DNA from: an uncultured Nitrososphaerales archaeon
Lineage (GTDB): Archaea > Thermoproteota > Nitrososphaeria > Nitrososphaerales > Nitrososphaeraceae
Assembly: GCA_963713605.1 (NCBI GenBank)
Contig: CAVQMO010000008.1
Location: 1-17,722, forward strand
DNA: 17,722 nt
Direction of reading: 5' to 3'
The notes below the pieces were generated by a model, which saw only the letters and a program-made list of their open reading frames with translations, did no database searches and had not been told where the DNA came from. Positions 1 through 8,214 of the stretch are shown one piece after another (position 1 is the stretch's first letter; each line of letters starts with the position of its first letter). The position numbers were made by a program, and so were the translations under genes.

Positions 1-2
1 AT

Positions 3-254
3 TCAATATCACAAGAATTAAGAGCAGATTTTATTCAAGATAAGAATAGAGCGATGCCTAATGATCAAGAGCTGACAAGATGGATGAAAAAATATTATGG
101 TGATTCGGATGATGATTCTTGGATCAAGGCGATAGAGTTCTGCAAAGTGTTTACAAATCCTAAAACCGTACATGCAGATGACTATGTTATCAAGACTAAA
201 TATTCCGTCTTTGTACACTATATTGATAAAGATTGGGATGAGTTCAATATTTAG
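3..254 (+). CDS. 3' end of a hypothetical protein, truncated by the window edge
   Basis: The frame of ORF 54..254 is open back to base 3 (SISQELRADFIQDKNRA-MPNDQEL...DWDEFNI*), so the start probably lies upstream of the window. No family recognised. Confidence 0.6.
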   Translation, partial: SISQELRADFIQDKNRAMPNDQELTRWMKKYYGDSDDDSWIKAIEFCKVFTNPKTVHADDYVIKTKYSVFVHYIDKDWDEFNI

Positions 255-520
255 TTCAGGTTAAATAAAAATGCATAGTTAGAGTTTTGAACAGGAATAC
301 CTCTTCAGACAATCTATTTTCCAATCGCTTGCTATACATTTAAAGATAAATAAGCATTCTAAAAACTGGCTGAATGTCTTATTAGTCTAGTATTGATCAA
401 ATTATCGATTCAAGATCGTTCAAAATTCTATGAATTATCTCAGCTATTGCTCTATGGTATACTGTTTTGATTGGATCCTGTCGACCAGCAAATGCCTTAG
501 TAAGTAAAAAGAATCTTTAG

Positions 521-706
521 TTAGTTTTGAATTTTTTCGATTTCTTTCACCATGGCAAGATAAGATTTGGCATCTGCAAAGGTCTTTGCTATCGACTGTG
601 CATCTGTCCTGAAAACAGCCTCATTGAGTTCATCGGTTGCATTAAGAAACTTTCGAGAGTAATACTCTAACAAGAGATCTTTAGCATCTATTCCAATCCG
701 CTGCAA
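521..706 (-). CDS. Small helical hypothetical protein
   Basis: TTG-started 61-aa ORF with amphipathic helical composition; frame open to a TAA at 740-742; divergent from the 767 ORF. Confidence 0.4.
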   Translation of the reverse strand: MQRIGIDAKDLLLEYYSRKFLNATDELNEAVFRTDAQSIAKTFADAKSYLAMVKEIEKIQN

Positions 707-766
707 CCATTTGTCAAGAGTGTGAATTAGGATGCATACTTATAGTATGTTAGCTTATAAATTGCA

Positions 767-916
767 ATGAGCGAAGATATAGAATCAGCACAAAAGAATC
801 AGAAAAAGATTGGGGCGGCTGAAGATGATCCAGAAACATCTGGCCCAGCAGAAAACCTCCGTGAAGAAGTTGCAGAAATGACTGATAAAGATCAGGATGA
901 AAAAGAACCAGCTTAG
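767..916 (+). CDS. Small acidic hydrophilic protein, 49 aa (not in ORF track)
   Basis: ATG 767 to TAG 914-916: MSEDIESAQKNQKKIGAAEDDPETSGPAENLREEVAEMTDKDQDEKEPA; 16 D/E, no aromatic residues or Cys; TTATAG at ~740-745 is at archaeal TATA distance. Confidence 0.65.
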   Translation: MSEDIESAQKNQKKIGAAEDDPETSGPAENLREEVAEMTDKDQDEKEPA

Positions 917-1126
917 CTGAAAGAGGTAGTATACTACTATTTTTTTGTAGACGTTAATCGTATTAGGGCTGCAGAACCAACTCATGAACTAGTTATTGAT
1001 TTGATGAAAGATTAAAGAAGATACAGAAATACAGGACATTTTGATTTTACGCCAATATACCCAATTCAGTTTCGATATGCAAAATCTACCTATCGTAAGT
1101 AACGAGTAAAATCAAAAATTGGTTAG

Positions 1127-1171
1127 TTATTCTTCTTATTCTCCTTATTCTTCTTATTCTTCTTATTCTTT
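1127..1171. repeat. 9-bp tandem repeat (TTATTCTTC)x5
   Basis: ttattcttc ttattctcc ttattcttc ttattcttc ttattcttt read directly. Confidence 0.9.
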
Positions 1172-1246
1172 TCTGTCTTCCGATTTTATTTTTGGCTCAT
1201 CGGATTCAAATCCTAGTCCCTGAAATTTCTTTACTAGCTGAGACAA
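1163..1246 (-). CDS. Possible 27-aa micro-protein
   Basis: TTG 1246 to TAA 1163: MSQLVKKFQGLGFESDEPKIKSEDRKE; its stop lies in the outermost unit of the 9-bp repeat; ATTAAA on the minus strand at 1281-1286. Confidence 0.3.
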   Translation of the reverse strand: MSQLVKKFQGLGFESDEPKIKSEDRKE

Positions 1247-1825
1247 TATCTAATACATCACTAACGTTTTGGAGTAGGAGTTTAATCTAATTCTTAGGCT
1301 TGGGAAGTATGGGAATAGATATGTTTAGAAATACCTATACTGCAAAAACTAAGACAAAAGAGTTAATGGGAATAATTCAATAACCTAATATCGACTTAAC
1401 GAAAGAATAACTCGCAATGTAACAATAAGAGTGTTGATACATATGAACGAATCAGTTAAGACGATAGCAAAAGAGCTAGAAAGCAGAGTGCAAACTTAAA
1501 GGTCCGATGTTCCAAAATCCATTTTTCTATATGCATTATGATACACAATGAATAAAAATGATAGATCTAAGGAGTGAGTGATTGTATTAAATACTAGATT
1601 AAGATGCCGTTGATAATGAAATTTATGCTTGCCAAGCGATTTATGAGCGCAGCTAAATATAGACCAGCGTTTGAGTTGTCGCATTATAAGAAAATATACT
1701 GAATACTGAATATGGATGGGATGCAATCATCTTCCAATAAAAGTCAGAAGAATGAAGAAAGCAAGAGCTATAGGGATTATGATTTGGAAAGAATAGTAGG
1801 CGATATCTTAATCTCTCAGTATCAA

Positions 1826-1960
1826 TCACACGTTTGTTATTGGATAAATTAGTATGTTATGTTCTCCGAAGCTTGACTGCTTTTTGAATTTATCTAATAG
1901 ATCCAGAATGGAGCCTTCCTCTAGATTTAAGACTCCACTTTTATTGTCTATTGAATTCAA
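1826..1960 (-). pseudogene. Truncated inverted paralogue of the 5' end of the MEDS-like gene (10004-10645)
   Basis: 1842-1960 (reverse complement) matches 10034-10152 at 110/119 nt by hand alignment; LNSIDNKSG...SSFGEHNILIYP is shared, then homology stops and TGA follows after 4 codons. Weaker similarity continues upstream (to ~2037 vs ~9953). Confidence 0.85.
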
Positions 1961-2392
1961 AGGAGAACAGTACCTTGTATGCACTATTGTTTTTAAGAGT
2001 AATACACCCATTTCTGATTGATTTGCTTTTTTGAATAATATTTACTGAATTAAATAAGACACATGAATATACCTACGTGAAAGTATAAGCGATAGAATAA
2101 ACCAGGAGAAAGACTTTGGTCATATGATGATATTGCCTTCCATCCTTCGTTACCACACTGTGTACAACTCATTGAATAGCTATTACTGATAAATTCCGTC
2201 CAGTCTTTGTTAGTGGAGATCAGGTATTTGTATGCAATAGTATTTGTTATATGAAAAATTCCTTCTAATCTGTCCATATCAATTGGCGTAAGAAATCCAT
2301 TGTGTACGTTCAGATTACCCAACCATACAGCTCGAGTTCTCCTGCAATTGCAATTTCTTTCTAATCCTTAGGCTTTATTTGTAATCATACGC

Positions 2393-3112
2393 TTAACGTA
2401 TTCGTTTCAATAGATAAAGGCCATTCTGCAACATGCCATGATCATTATTTAAGTAAACGGCCTTTTTCTTTGCATTTTGATTTCTGACCGAATTTAGTAG
2501 CTCGTCGAGCTCAGTATTTGAATATATATAATGATACCATTCCTTGTATCCATGTATTCGTAGATAAACGGAGCGACTAGTTGTAGTTATGATACGTGGG
2601 AGTCCTGGTGCATCAACTGAGCAAAAGACTACTCCTATCTCTCCGATACTATCTATAGCTTCCCACCATGACGAATCTCGAAACTCAACAACTGCTTTAG
2701 TATCATTATTATTAGTGAGACCTGCCCTTTCAAAAAATACTCTCACCGTCTCAAGGTTTTGCTCCGTGTATCTAAATGTCTTTGGCATTTTAAATAGCCA
2801 GAAATCAATTCTATTTCGAATGCCGTCTAATGTTTTTGAGAATTTGGACCATAGATCTAACGCCCGTTCTCCTTTCAATCTTAAGTAGTCCGTAATAGAA
2901 CGATTAACTTTTATCGAGAATGTAAAGTCCTTGGGAGAACCCGCTCTCCAGGTGTTTATCCAACTTTGCATGGGGAATCTATAAAAGCTTGCATTAATCT
3001 CCACAGAATTAAATCCTTGATTGACGTACCACAAAAATGGCGAAGGTCGACTTACATTCCACGAATACGTATAACCTGATGTCCCTATTCGGATCGAGGG
3101 GAAGCCACACAT
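2393..3112 (-). CDS. DUF72 (YecE/UPF0759-like) TIM-barrel protein
   Basis: Family motifs IGTSGY, SVEINASFY, FSIKV, EFR..SW, SVDAP, YLRIHG, YxYS..EL, VYLNND. Confidence 0.92.
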   Translation of the reverse strand: MCGFPSIRIGTSGYTYSWNVSRPSPFLWYVNQGFNSVEINASFYRFPMQSWINTWRAGSPKDFTFSIKVNRSITDYLRLKGERALDLWSKFSKTLDGIRNRIDFWLFKMPKTFRYTEQNLETVRVFFERAGLTNNNDTKAVVEFRDSSWWEAIDSIGEIGVVFCSVDAPGLPRIITTTSRSVYLRIHGYKEWYHYIYSNTELDELLNSVRNQNAKKKAVYLNNDHGMLQNGLYLLKRIR

Positions 3113-3807
3113 TATATCTCATAACAAGGATTACTAGTTAAAAAATGACCACTTAATTGAAATCGTAATTCTTGATAAAATAGAGGTACCAACACGGAAC
3201 ACAACTTAACTGATAATTAGCATACTCTATTTTCATTGACCTTCAAGGGATACGCTTTGCATTTTCTCTTTCCTGCCCTCGATTTAGATTTGAAGTGGAA
3301 TGACGAAGGGAACAGATAAAGCTTAATTTTTTTAGATAATTGCTTTAACATAAGTCCACAAGTAGGTAATTCACGTCTGTCTAATACTATTCAGGCCTCT
3401 CATAGCCCTCCATGTAAATGACTATAAAAAACATCAAATTATAATTCACACTTACAATTGTTAAGATTACATTTGTTACCATGTCCCGATCTATCTTTTG
3501 TTTCACCATAATATTGCATCATATTTTTTCATCGTACATATTATCCAATGAGCTACACTACGCTAGCACTGCTAGCTGACGATCATTAGAAAAACTGCTC
3601 CTTCTATGAACTTTCAGTTTGAACCTGAATGATAGTTCCTAACTAGTTCTTTACTATGAAAACATAACTGAACTAATTAGAGAAACGGTCTTATGAAAGG
3701 GCTAGAACCATCCTACCCCTTTCTGTTACTGATTAGTAGCTACAGGACTTTTATCTACAAGGATTGCTATCACATATTCAAATTGAGCAATTATATAAGA
3801 ACAAGTC

Positions 3808-3823
3808 TTTAAATAGTTTAAAT
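3808..3823 (+). promoter_or_regulatory. Archaeal TATA-box candidate (two tandem TTTAAAT)
   Basis: TTTAAAT at 3808-3814 and 3817-3823; the second starts 28 nt before ATG 3845. Confidence 0.5.
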
Positions 3824-3844
3824 CTTAATCCATAGTGATCTAAG

Positions 3845-4030
3845 ATGCCCGTCAAATTAGGCAAAAAGAGCTACAAGAATTTTGCCGGTGCCAAAAAAGC
3901 GGTAAAGGAGAGCAAGGGATTGTCAGATAAGCGAGCTTCGGCCTACGTAGCGTCAGTCGAAAGAGCTCAAGGTAAAGACCCTAGGACAGGAAAGAAAATT
4001 AAAAAAAGAAAAACTAGCACCGGAAAGTAA
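3845..4030 (+). CDS. Small very basic protein, 61 aa
   Basis: ATG start with TATA-like box; 16 K + 4 R versus 4 D/E; central helix-like segment GLSDKRASAYVASVERAQG. Confidence 0.8.
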   Translation: MPVKLGKKSYKNFAGAKKAVKESKGLSDKRASAYVASVERAQGKDPRTGKKIKKRKTSTGK

Positions 4031-4368
4031 AATAGACTGTTGAAGCAATATCTTCCTAATATCGGATAACTATTTGAGGACTGCTAAAAAATGATATTGC
4101 TGAATTGAAGTAAATGAAACATAGTTATTTGTAAGTGATGATGTGGAGATAACGAAATCTATTTTCAAAAAATTATTTGTAGATCAATACCTTTAGAAAA
4201 ACTTAGTCTCTCAGGGAGACTATAAATTATAAATAATGATTAAACTTCGATTTAATTTGCCTATTCTGAGCTGTAATAGTTGAATTCAAAAGATAGAGAC
4301 ATATCCCTAATGAAATAGCATCCCTTTATGAAGCTATTTATTATATGTGGTATAACTCCATTTTGGAC

Positions 4369-5547
4369 ATGAAAGCTTTAGTATATCATGGAAAAAATGA
4401 TGTTCAGATTGATGACAAACCGCGACCCAAAATTCAGAATCCTGAGGACATAATTCTGCGTGTTACCTCGACTGCCTTATGCGGCTCAGATCTGCATCTT
4501 TACCATGGGACAGTTCCAGGTATGGAACCTGGTCAAACACTAGGGCATGAATTCATGGGAATCATCGATGAAGCTGGTCCAGAAGTTCACGAAGTGAAGG
4601 TTGGTGATAGAGTAGTAATTCCATTTAATATTGACTGTGGACGTTGCTGGTATTGCAGAAATGGTTTATGGTCGCAGTGTGACAGGTCTAATCCCAACGG
4701 CGAATTAGGTGGAGCATTCGGTTATACCCAGGTGATGGGAGGATATGACGGCGGACAAGCAGAATTCGTTAGAGTACCTTTTGCAAACACTGTGGCATCA
4801 CTAAAAATTCCAGAAAAGATTAAGAAGGATGAAGAAGTCTTATTTTTGAGCGATATTCTGCCTACAGGATATTTTGGAGTAGACATCGCAAATGTTCAAC
4901 CTGGGGATGATGTCGCAGTATTTGGGGCTGGACCGGTAGGATATTTTGCTGTTTTGTGTTCCTTTTTGCGTGGAGCAGCAAGGGTTTTTTCAATTGACCA
5001 TTGGCCTATCCGTTTGCAGAAGACAAAAGATCTGGGTGCTGAGATCATAAATTTCGATGATGAAGATCCCGTCGAAAAAATAAAAAATGAAACTGGTAGT
5101 AAAGGAGTAATCTGTATAGACGCAGTTGGATATGAAGCCGTTGGTCACACCGCAGGAATCGGTAATGAAGGGGACCGTAATGCAAGCTTCTTAAATCATG
5201 ATCATTCCGAGGTATCTAACCCTGCGTACGAACCGTCTAATCCGATGCAAGTCATTAATTGGATGTCACAAGCTGCAAGAAAATATTCAACTATATCAAT
5301 TCCTGGAGTCTACGGGGCGTCTTACGATCAATTTCCGCTGGGACAATTATTCAATCGTGAACTTCAAATCAAAATGGGCCAATGTCCCGTCAAAAAGTAC
5401 AATGAACAGCTGCTTCACCTTATTGAAACAGGCCGTATCGACGCGACAAAAATTCTGAGTCATACCAAAAAACTTGATGAAGCACCTAAGGCATATGAAA
5501 TGTTTGATCGAAAGGAGGATGTTACTAAGATTATTTTTAAACCATAA
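4369..5547 (+). CDS. Zn-dependent medium-chain alcohol dehydrogenase, formaldehyde-dehydrogenase-like subfamily
   Basis: Catalytic Zn motifs CGSDLH and GHE; structural Zn CGRCWYC...SQC; SDILPTG; Rossmann GAGPVG. Start placed at MKALVYHG (ATG 4369), supported by TATTTATTAT at 4336-4345; the ORF track uses 4345. Confidence 0.95.
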   Translation: MKALVYHGKNDVQIDDKPRPKIQNPEDIILRVTSTALCGSDLHLYHGTVPGMEPGQTLGHEFMGIIDEAGPEVHEVKVGDRVVIPFNIDCGRCWYCRNGLWSQCDRSNPNGELGGAFGYTQVMGGYDGGQAEFVRVPFANTVASLKIPEKIKKDEEVLFLSDILPTGYFGVDIANVQPGDDVAVFGAGPVGYFAVLCSFLRGAARVFSIDHWPIRLQKTKDLGAEIINFDDEDPVEKIKNETGSKGVICIDAVGYEAVGHTAGIGNEGDRNASFLNHDHSEVSNPAYEPSNPMQVINWMSQAARKYSTISIPGVYGASYDQFPLGQLFNRELQIKMGQCPVKKYNEQLLHLIETGRIDATKILSHTKKLDEAPKAYEMFDRKEDVTKIIFKP

Positions 5548-5796
5548 CCAATCAATATTCGGTACACTAACAAATAACACACAGTCCATAGACATTTCGG
5601 TACGTTATAGCAAGGATGTACCTATTAGATACGGCGATTTTGAGGATTTACTTATGTCTGTTTTAACGATATACTTAAAATGCATAGTTATTTAGTATTG
5701 ATAATACTATAAATGTACAACTAAGCAAGATTTAAAACATAGATGTTACGGGAGAGTAAAAGGATACAGTTCGTAGCCTTGCCTTGCTAATGATAT

Positions 5797-5995
5797 GATC
5801 GACTTTGGATATAACGGTTTTTAACAATGTGGAGTTGGTCAGTGATGGTGTTCAGATAACAACAGCACCAACCTACTCCGAAGATACTGGTGCATATTAC
5901 GGATCGACTTTGGATTTAACTATTACAGGGTTGGTCAGTTGAGTTAAAGGTTTTGAGTACACGGCTGACCAACCCCTCGAATATGATGCTTAACG
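5797..5995. repeat. Degenerate ~100-bp tandem duplication with internal inverted repeat
   Basis: GATCGACTTTGGAT(A/T)TAAC at 5797 and 5902; GTTGGTCAGT at 5834 and 5930; ACCAACC in both units; perfect 11-bp arms GGGTTGGTCAG (5928-5938) and CTGACCAACCC (5965-5975). Confidence 0.8.
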
Positions 5996-6302
5996 CATTG
6001 ATTATCTAATTAACATGCTTAATAACGCCTTATGCGATTGTACGAGTAGACTGGATAAAAAATTTGTCATATCCAGCATGGTTTCAATATACAATAAAAA
6101 TATTATTGCTATAAGATGATCGACTGATTAAGACGGAGATAAAACCTGAGTCAGGTAAAGTCTGTGTTGTAAAAACTGAAATAACAAACTAGGAACACAG
6201 GTAGAAGTAAATCCCGTTATTGCTATGAGGCTTCGCTGCAGTAATTCAGGAGTTAATATTAGAAATTACAGTTTTAGAAAACTCACTTTGAAGTGGGATC
6301 AT

Positions 6303-6841
6303 CTATTGTAACTCTACAATTCTGCCAGGATTATTTTCATCGGGCATAAAATTTGCGTGAAAAATGATTCTCCTTTCCAGGGATTTTGCATTTGGTGAGA
6401 TGACTCGGATCACTGCAGGAATATCTTGGGGTATCAGGGAATGGCGAAGTCTCATCTACTGTGCCTTCTTTTAGACCATGCTCGTTAACAACACGTCGAA
6501 AATAGCCGTCTTGAGTAATAGCACACAAATCTACATGCTGTGGGACGCCTACGTCAAGGGTAATAGAAAGGGACGTATCGTGGTTAGGTAATACCCATGC
6601 TACCTGTTTGATCTTATTTTGTGGATGGGTCAATGTATATCTGACAGTCTTTTGCGATAGACTTTCCCGAGTTTGAAACCGCTATCCTGTTCACAAAAAA
6701 AGGTATCTTATTTCCTTCTTGATACCTGAGGTCGACTTCTCTTGTAATTATCGTATTAGGATTATTGTGCAACTTTAGAACGGGTTGCATGCGGTTTATT
6801 TTCCAATGCTTTATCCGCAATTTGATGGTGTTTAATATCAT
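6303..6841 (-). pseudogene. Hypothetical protein split by two +1 frameshifts
   Basis: ORF 6614..6841 (..VNRIAVSNSGKSIAKDCQIYID) continues in ORF 6337..6633 (KIKQVAWVLP..VDLCAIT..) and then in a third frame QDIPAVIRVISPNAKSLERRIIFHANFMPDENNPGRIVELQ* ending at 6303. Shifts are near 6617-6629 and 6428-6439. Confidence 0.7.
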
Positions 6842-6923
6842 ATCAATATGTGAACTAACTATTTAGTGATACTAAGGTCTTGCTCCTTATCTCATTGTTT
6901 TCAACTTCAGAATAGTGTAGGTG

Positions 6924-7162
6924 CTATTGCAGTCCTAATACATCTGATGTTCCGTTGATGACTGTCTCGACTGGACCTGAAGTGGTAACCTTTCTATAAT
7001 ATTCTCAAGAATTCGCCTGGCTTTAATATAGCCCCTCCTATCGGTCCCGATGTTTCATTTCCAACCGTTGGTATATTCTGAATCCGTTCCAATATCTTGC
7101 GTCTGGTTCTGTTATTGTGGTGGTGATGATGCTTGCTGTGGTGTATCTGTCTGGTTGTGCTC
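6924..7162 (-). pseudogene. Decayed fragment of a low-complexity, probably secreted protein
   Basis: Successive frames give EHNQTDTPQQASSPPQ*QNQTQDIG, NIPTVGNETSGPIGGAILKPGE and KVTTSGPVETVINGTSDVLGLQ*, with several NxT sequons; no start recognised. Confidence 0.35.
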
Positions 7163-7216
7163 CCTAAACCTCGTTTATATAGAGTAAGACTGAGAGGCCA
7201 ACAGACAGTGCGTTTA

Positions 7217-8130
7217 CTATTTCATCATATCAAGGTCTGTTATTAGATCCCAAACCGAACTATGTCTCTTTCTAGGATCAACATTGATCATTTTTAATAT
7301 ACAATTATCTAATTCCTTTGTAACTTTTGGATTAAATTTTGATGGGGGATCAATTAACTTCTGCCTTGATATTGATAGCTCGGAAGACTGCAGCTGATGC
7401 CGCTGCTTCGTTTCTAACGTATATGGGTCGTCAATATCATATGGCACAGGCCGCCTTCTTGTTAACATTTCATAAAGTATAATGCCCAGGGAATAAATAT
7501 CGGTACGTCCATCGATTTCGTCTTTATTATATACAAACCATTGTTCTGGAGAGCAGTATCCGGGTGTTCCACCTATTTGTCCATCTGATGCGACCGCTGT
7601 TAGCTCCAAGGAGCTCCTATCGATTGCATCACCTTTTACTAATCCCCAATCTGCTATTTTAATTCCGGATCTTGTTTTGTCAATGAATATAATGTTGTCA
7701 GGTTTTAGGTCTCTGTGGTACACCTGTGAGTCGTGTGTTAGAGCTAGTGCATTACAAATAGGTAGTATTATCATGTTGATTGCCCAGGTTGGTTCGAAGA
7801 CAAAACTTGTGTCACTTAAATTTCTCGCTCATGTATTCTTTCAATGATCCACCTTGTAAAAATTCCATAATAAAATAAGGCAAAAACCTTGGCGCGTCAC
7901 CTCCTACGTTCCAGTACAGAATATTAACAATATTGGGATGATCTAATTCTGACAATACCTTAACTTCTCTTTCAAAACGCTCCTTGCTGAGGGTATCAAT
8001 CTTTGGTAGTTCTTTCAAGACGCATTTAGTTGTACTGACGGTCTCTCCTTTCTTTCTCATATTCAAGTAATACTTCATATACTATTCCGAAAGAACCAGC
8101 GCTGAGTTCTCGTATTATTGTATATTTCAA
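7217..8130 (-). pseudogene. Hanks-type Ser/Thr protein kinase, frameshifted (or assembly-broken)
   Basis: Three frames join into one kinase domain: YTIIRELSAGSFGIVYEV (Gly loop, not in ORF track); CVLKEL..RFEREV..LDHPNIV..IMEFLQGGSL; HRDLKPDN, ADWG, GTPGYCSPE, DIYSLG, DPRKR. +1 shifts are near 8049-8055 and 7818-7823. Start uncertain (TTG 8130, ATG 8169 or TTG 8194). Confidence 0.9.
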
Positions 8131-8195
8131 ATGTATCAGTACTTATCGACTCATACGGGTATTGCCCATTGTATGTGACAATAATGTACTTCAAT

Positions 8196-8214
8196 AAGGT
8201 ATATCATATACCTT
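8196..8214. promoter_or_regulatory. Perfect 9-1-9 palindrome upstream of the kinase gene
   Basis: AAGGTATAT-C-ATATACCTT; overlaps a TATA-like TATATGATAT on the minus strand. Confidence 0.5.

Noticed and set aside
785..985. 66-aa hydrophobic ORF on the minus strand
   Set aside because: Antisense shadow of the purine-rich 767..916 ORF.
1340..1499. Possible relic of a histidine-kinase N-terminal region (ELMGIIQ..RNVTIRVLIH)
   Set aside because: The resemblance is from memory, short and spread over several frames; it needs a tBLASTn hit before being called.
1496..1800. 76-aa minus ORF and upstream hydrophobic stretch (YYSFQIIIPIALAFFILLTFIG)
   Set aside because: Interrupted by stops with no recognisable family; at most a decayed membrane-protein piece.
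2050..2322. 90-aa minus ORF containing MSCTQCG
   Set aside because: A single CxxC without a second pair and no other motif; cannot support a zinc-finger call.
2334..2363. Similarity to 8432-8461 around CCTGCAATTG
   Set aside because: Only a 10-nt exact core with gapped flanks; compatible with chance.
2589..2888. Antisense or overlapping ORFs (2589..2888, 5198..5458, 5347..5595, 8863..9054, 9958..10140, 10934..11197, 11573..11878, 13150..13359, 13688..13885, 14378..14654, 15590..15790, 16767..17231)
   Set aside because: All overlap better-supported genes and have no motifs of their own.
5797..5920. 19-nt direct repeat as a mini-CRISPR
   Set aside because: Only two copies, 105 nt apart, and the intervening sequences are themselves related.
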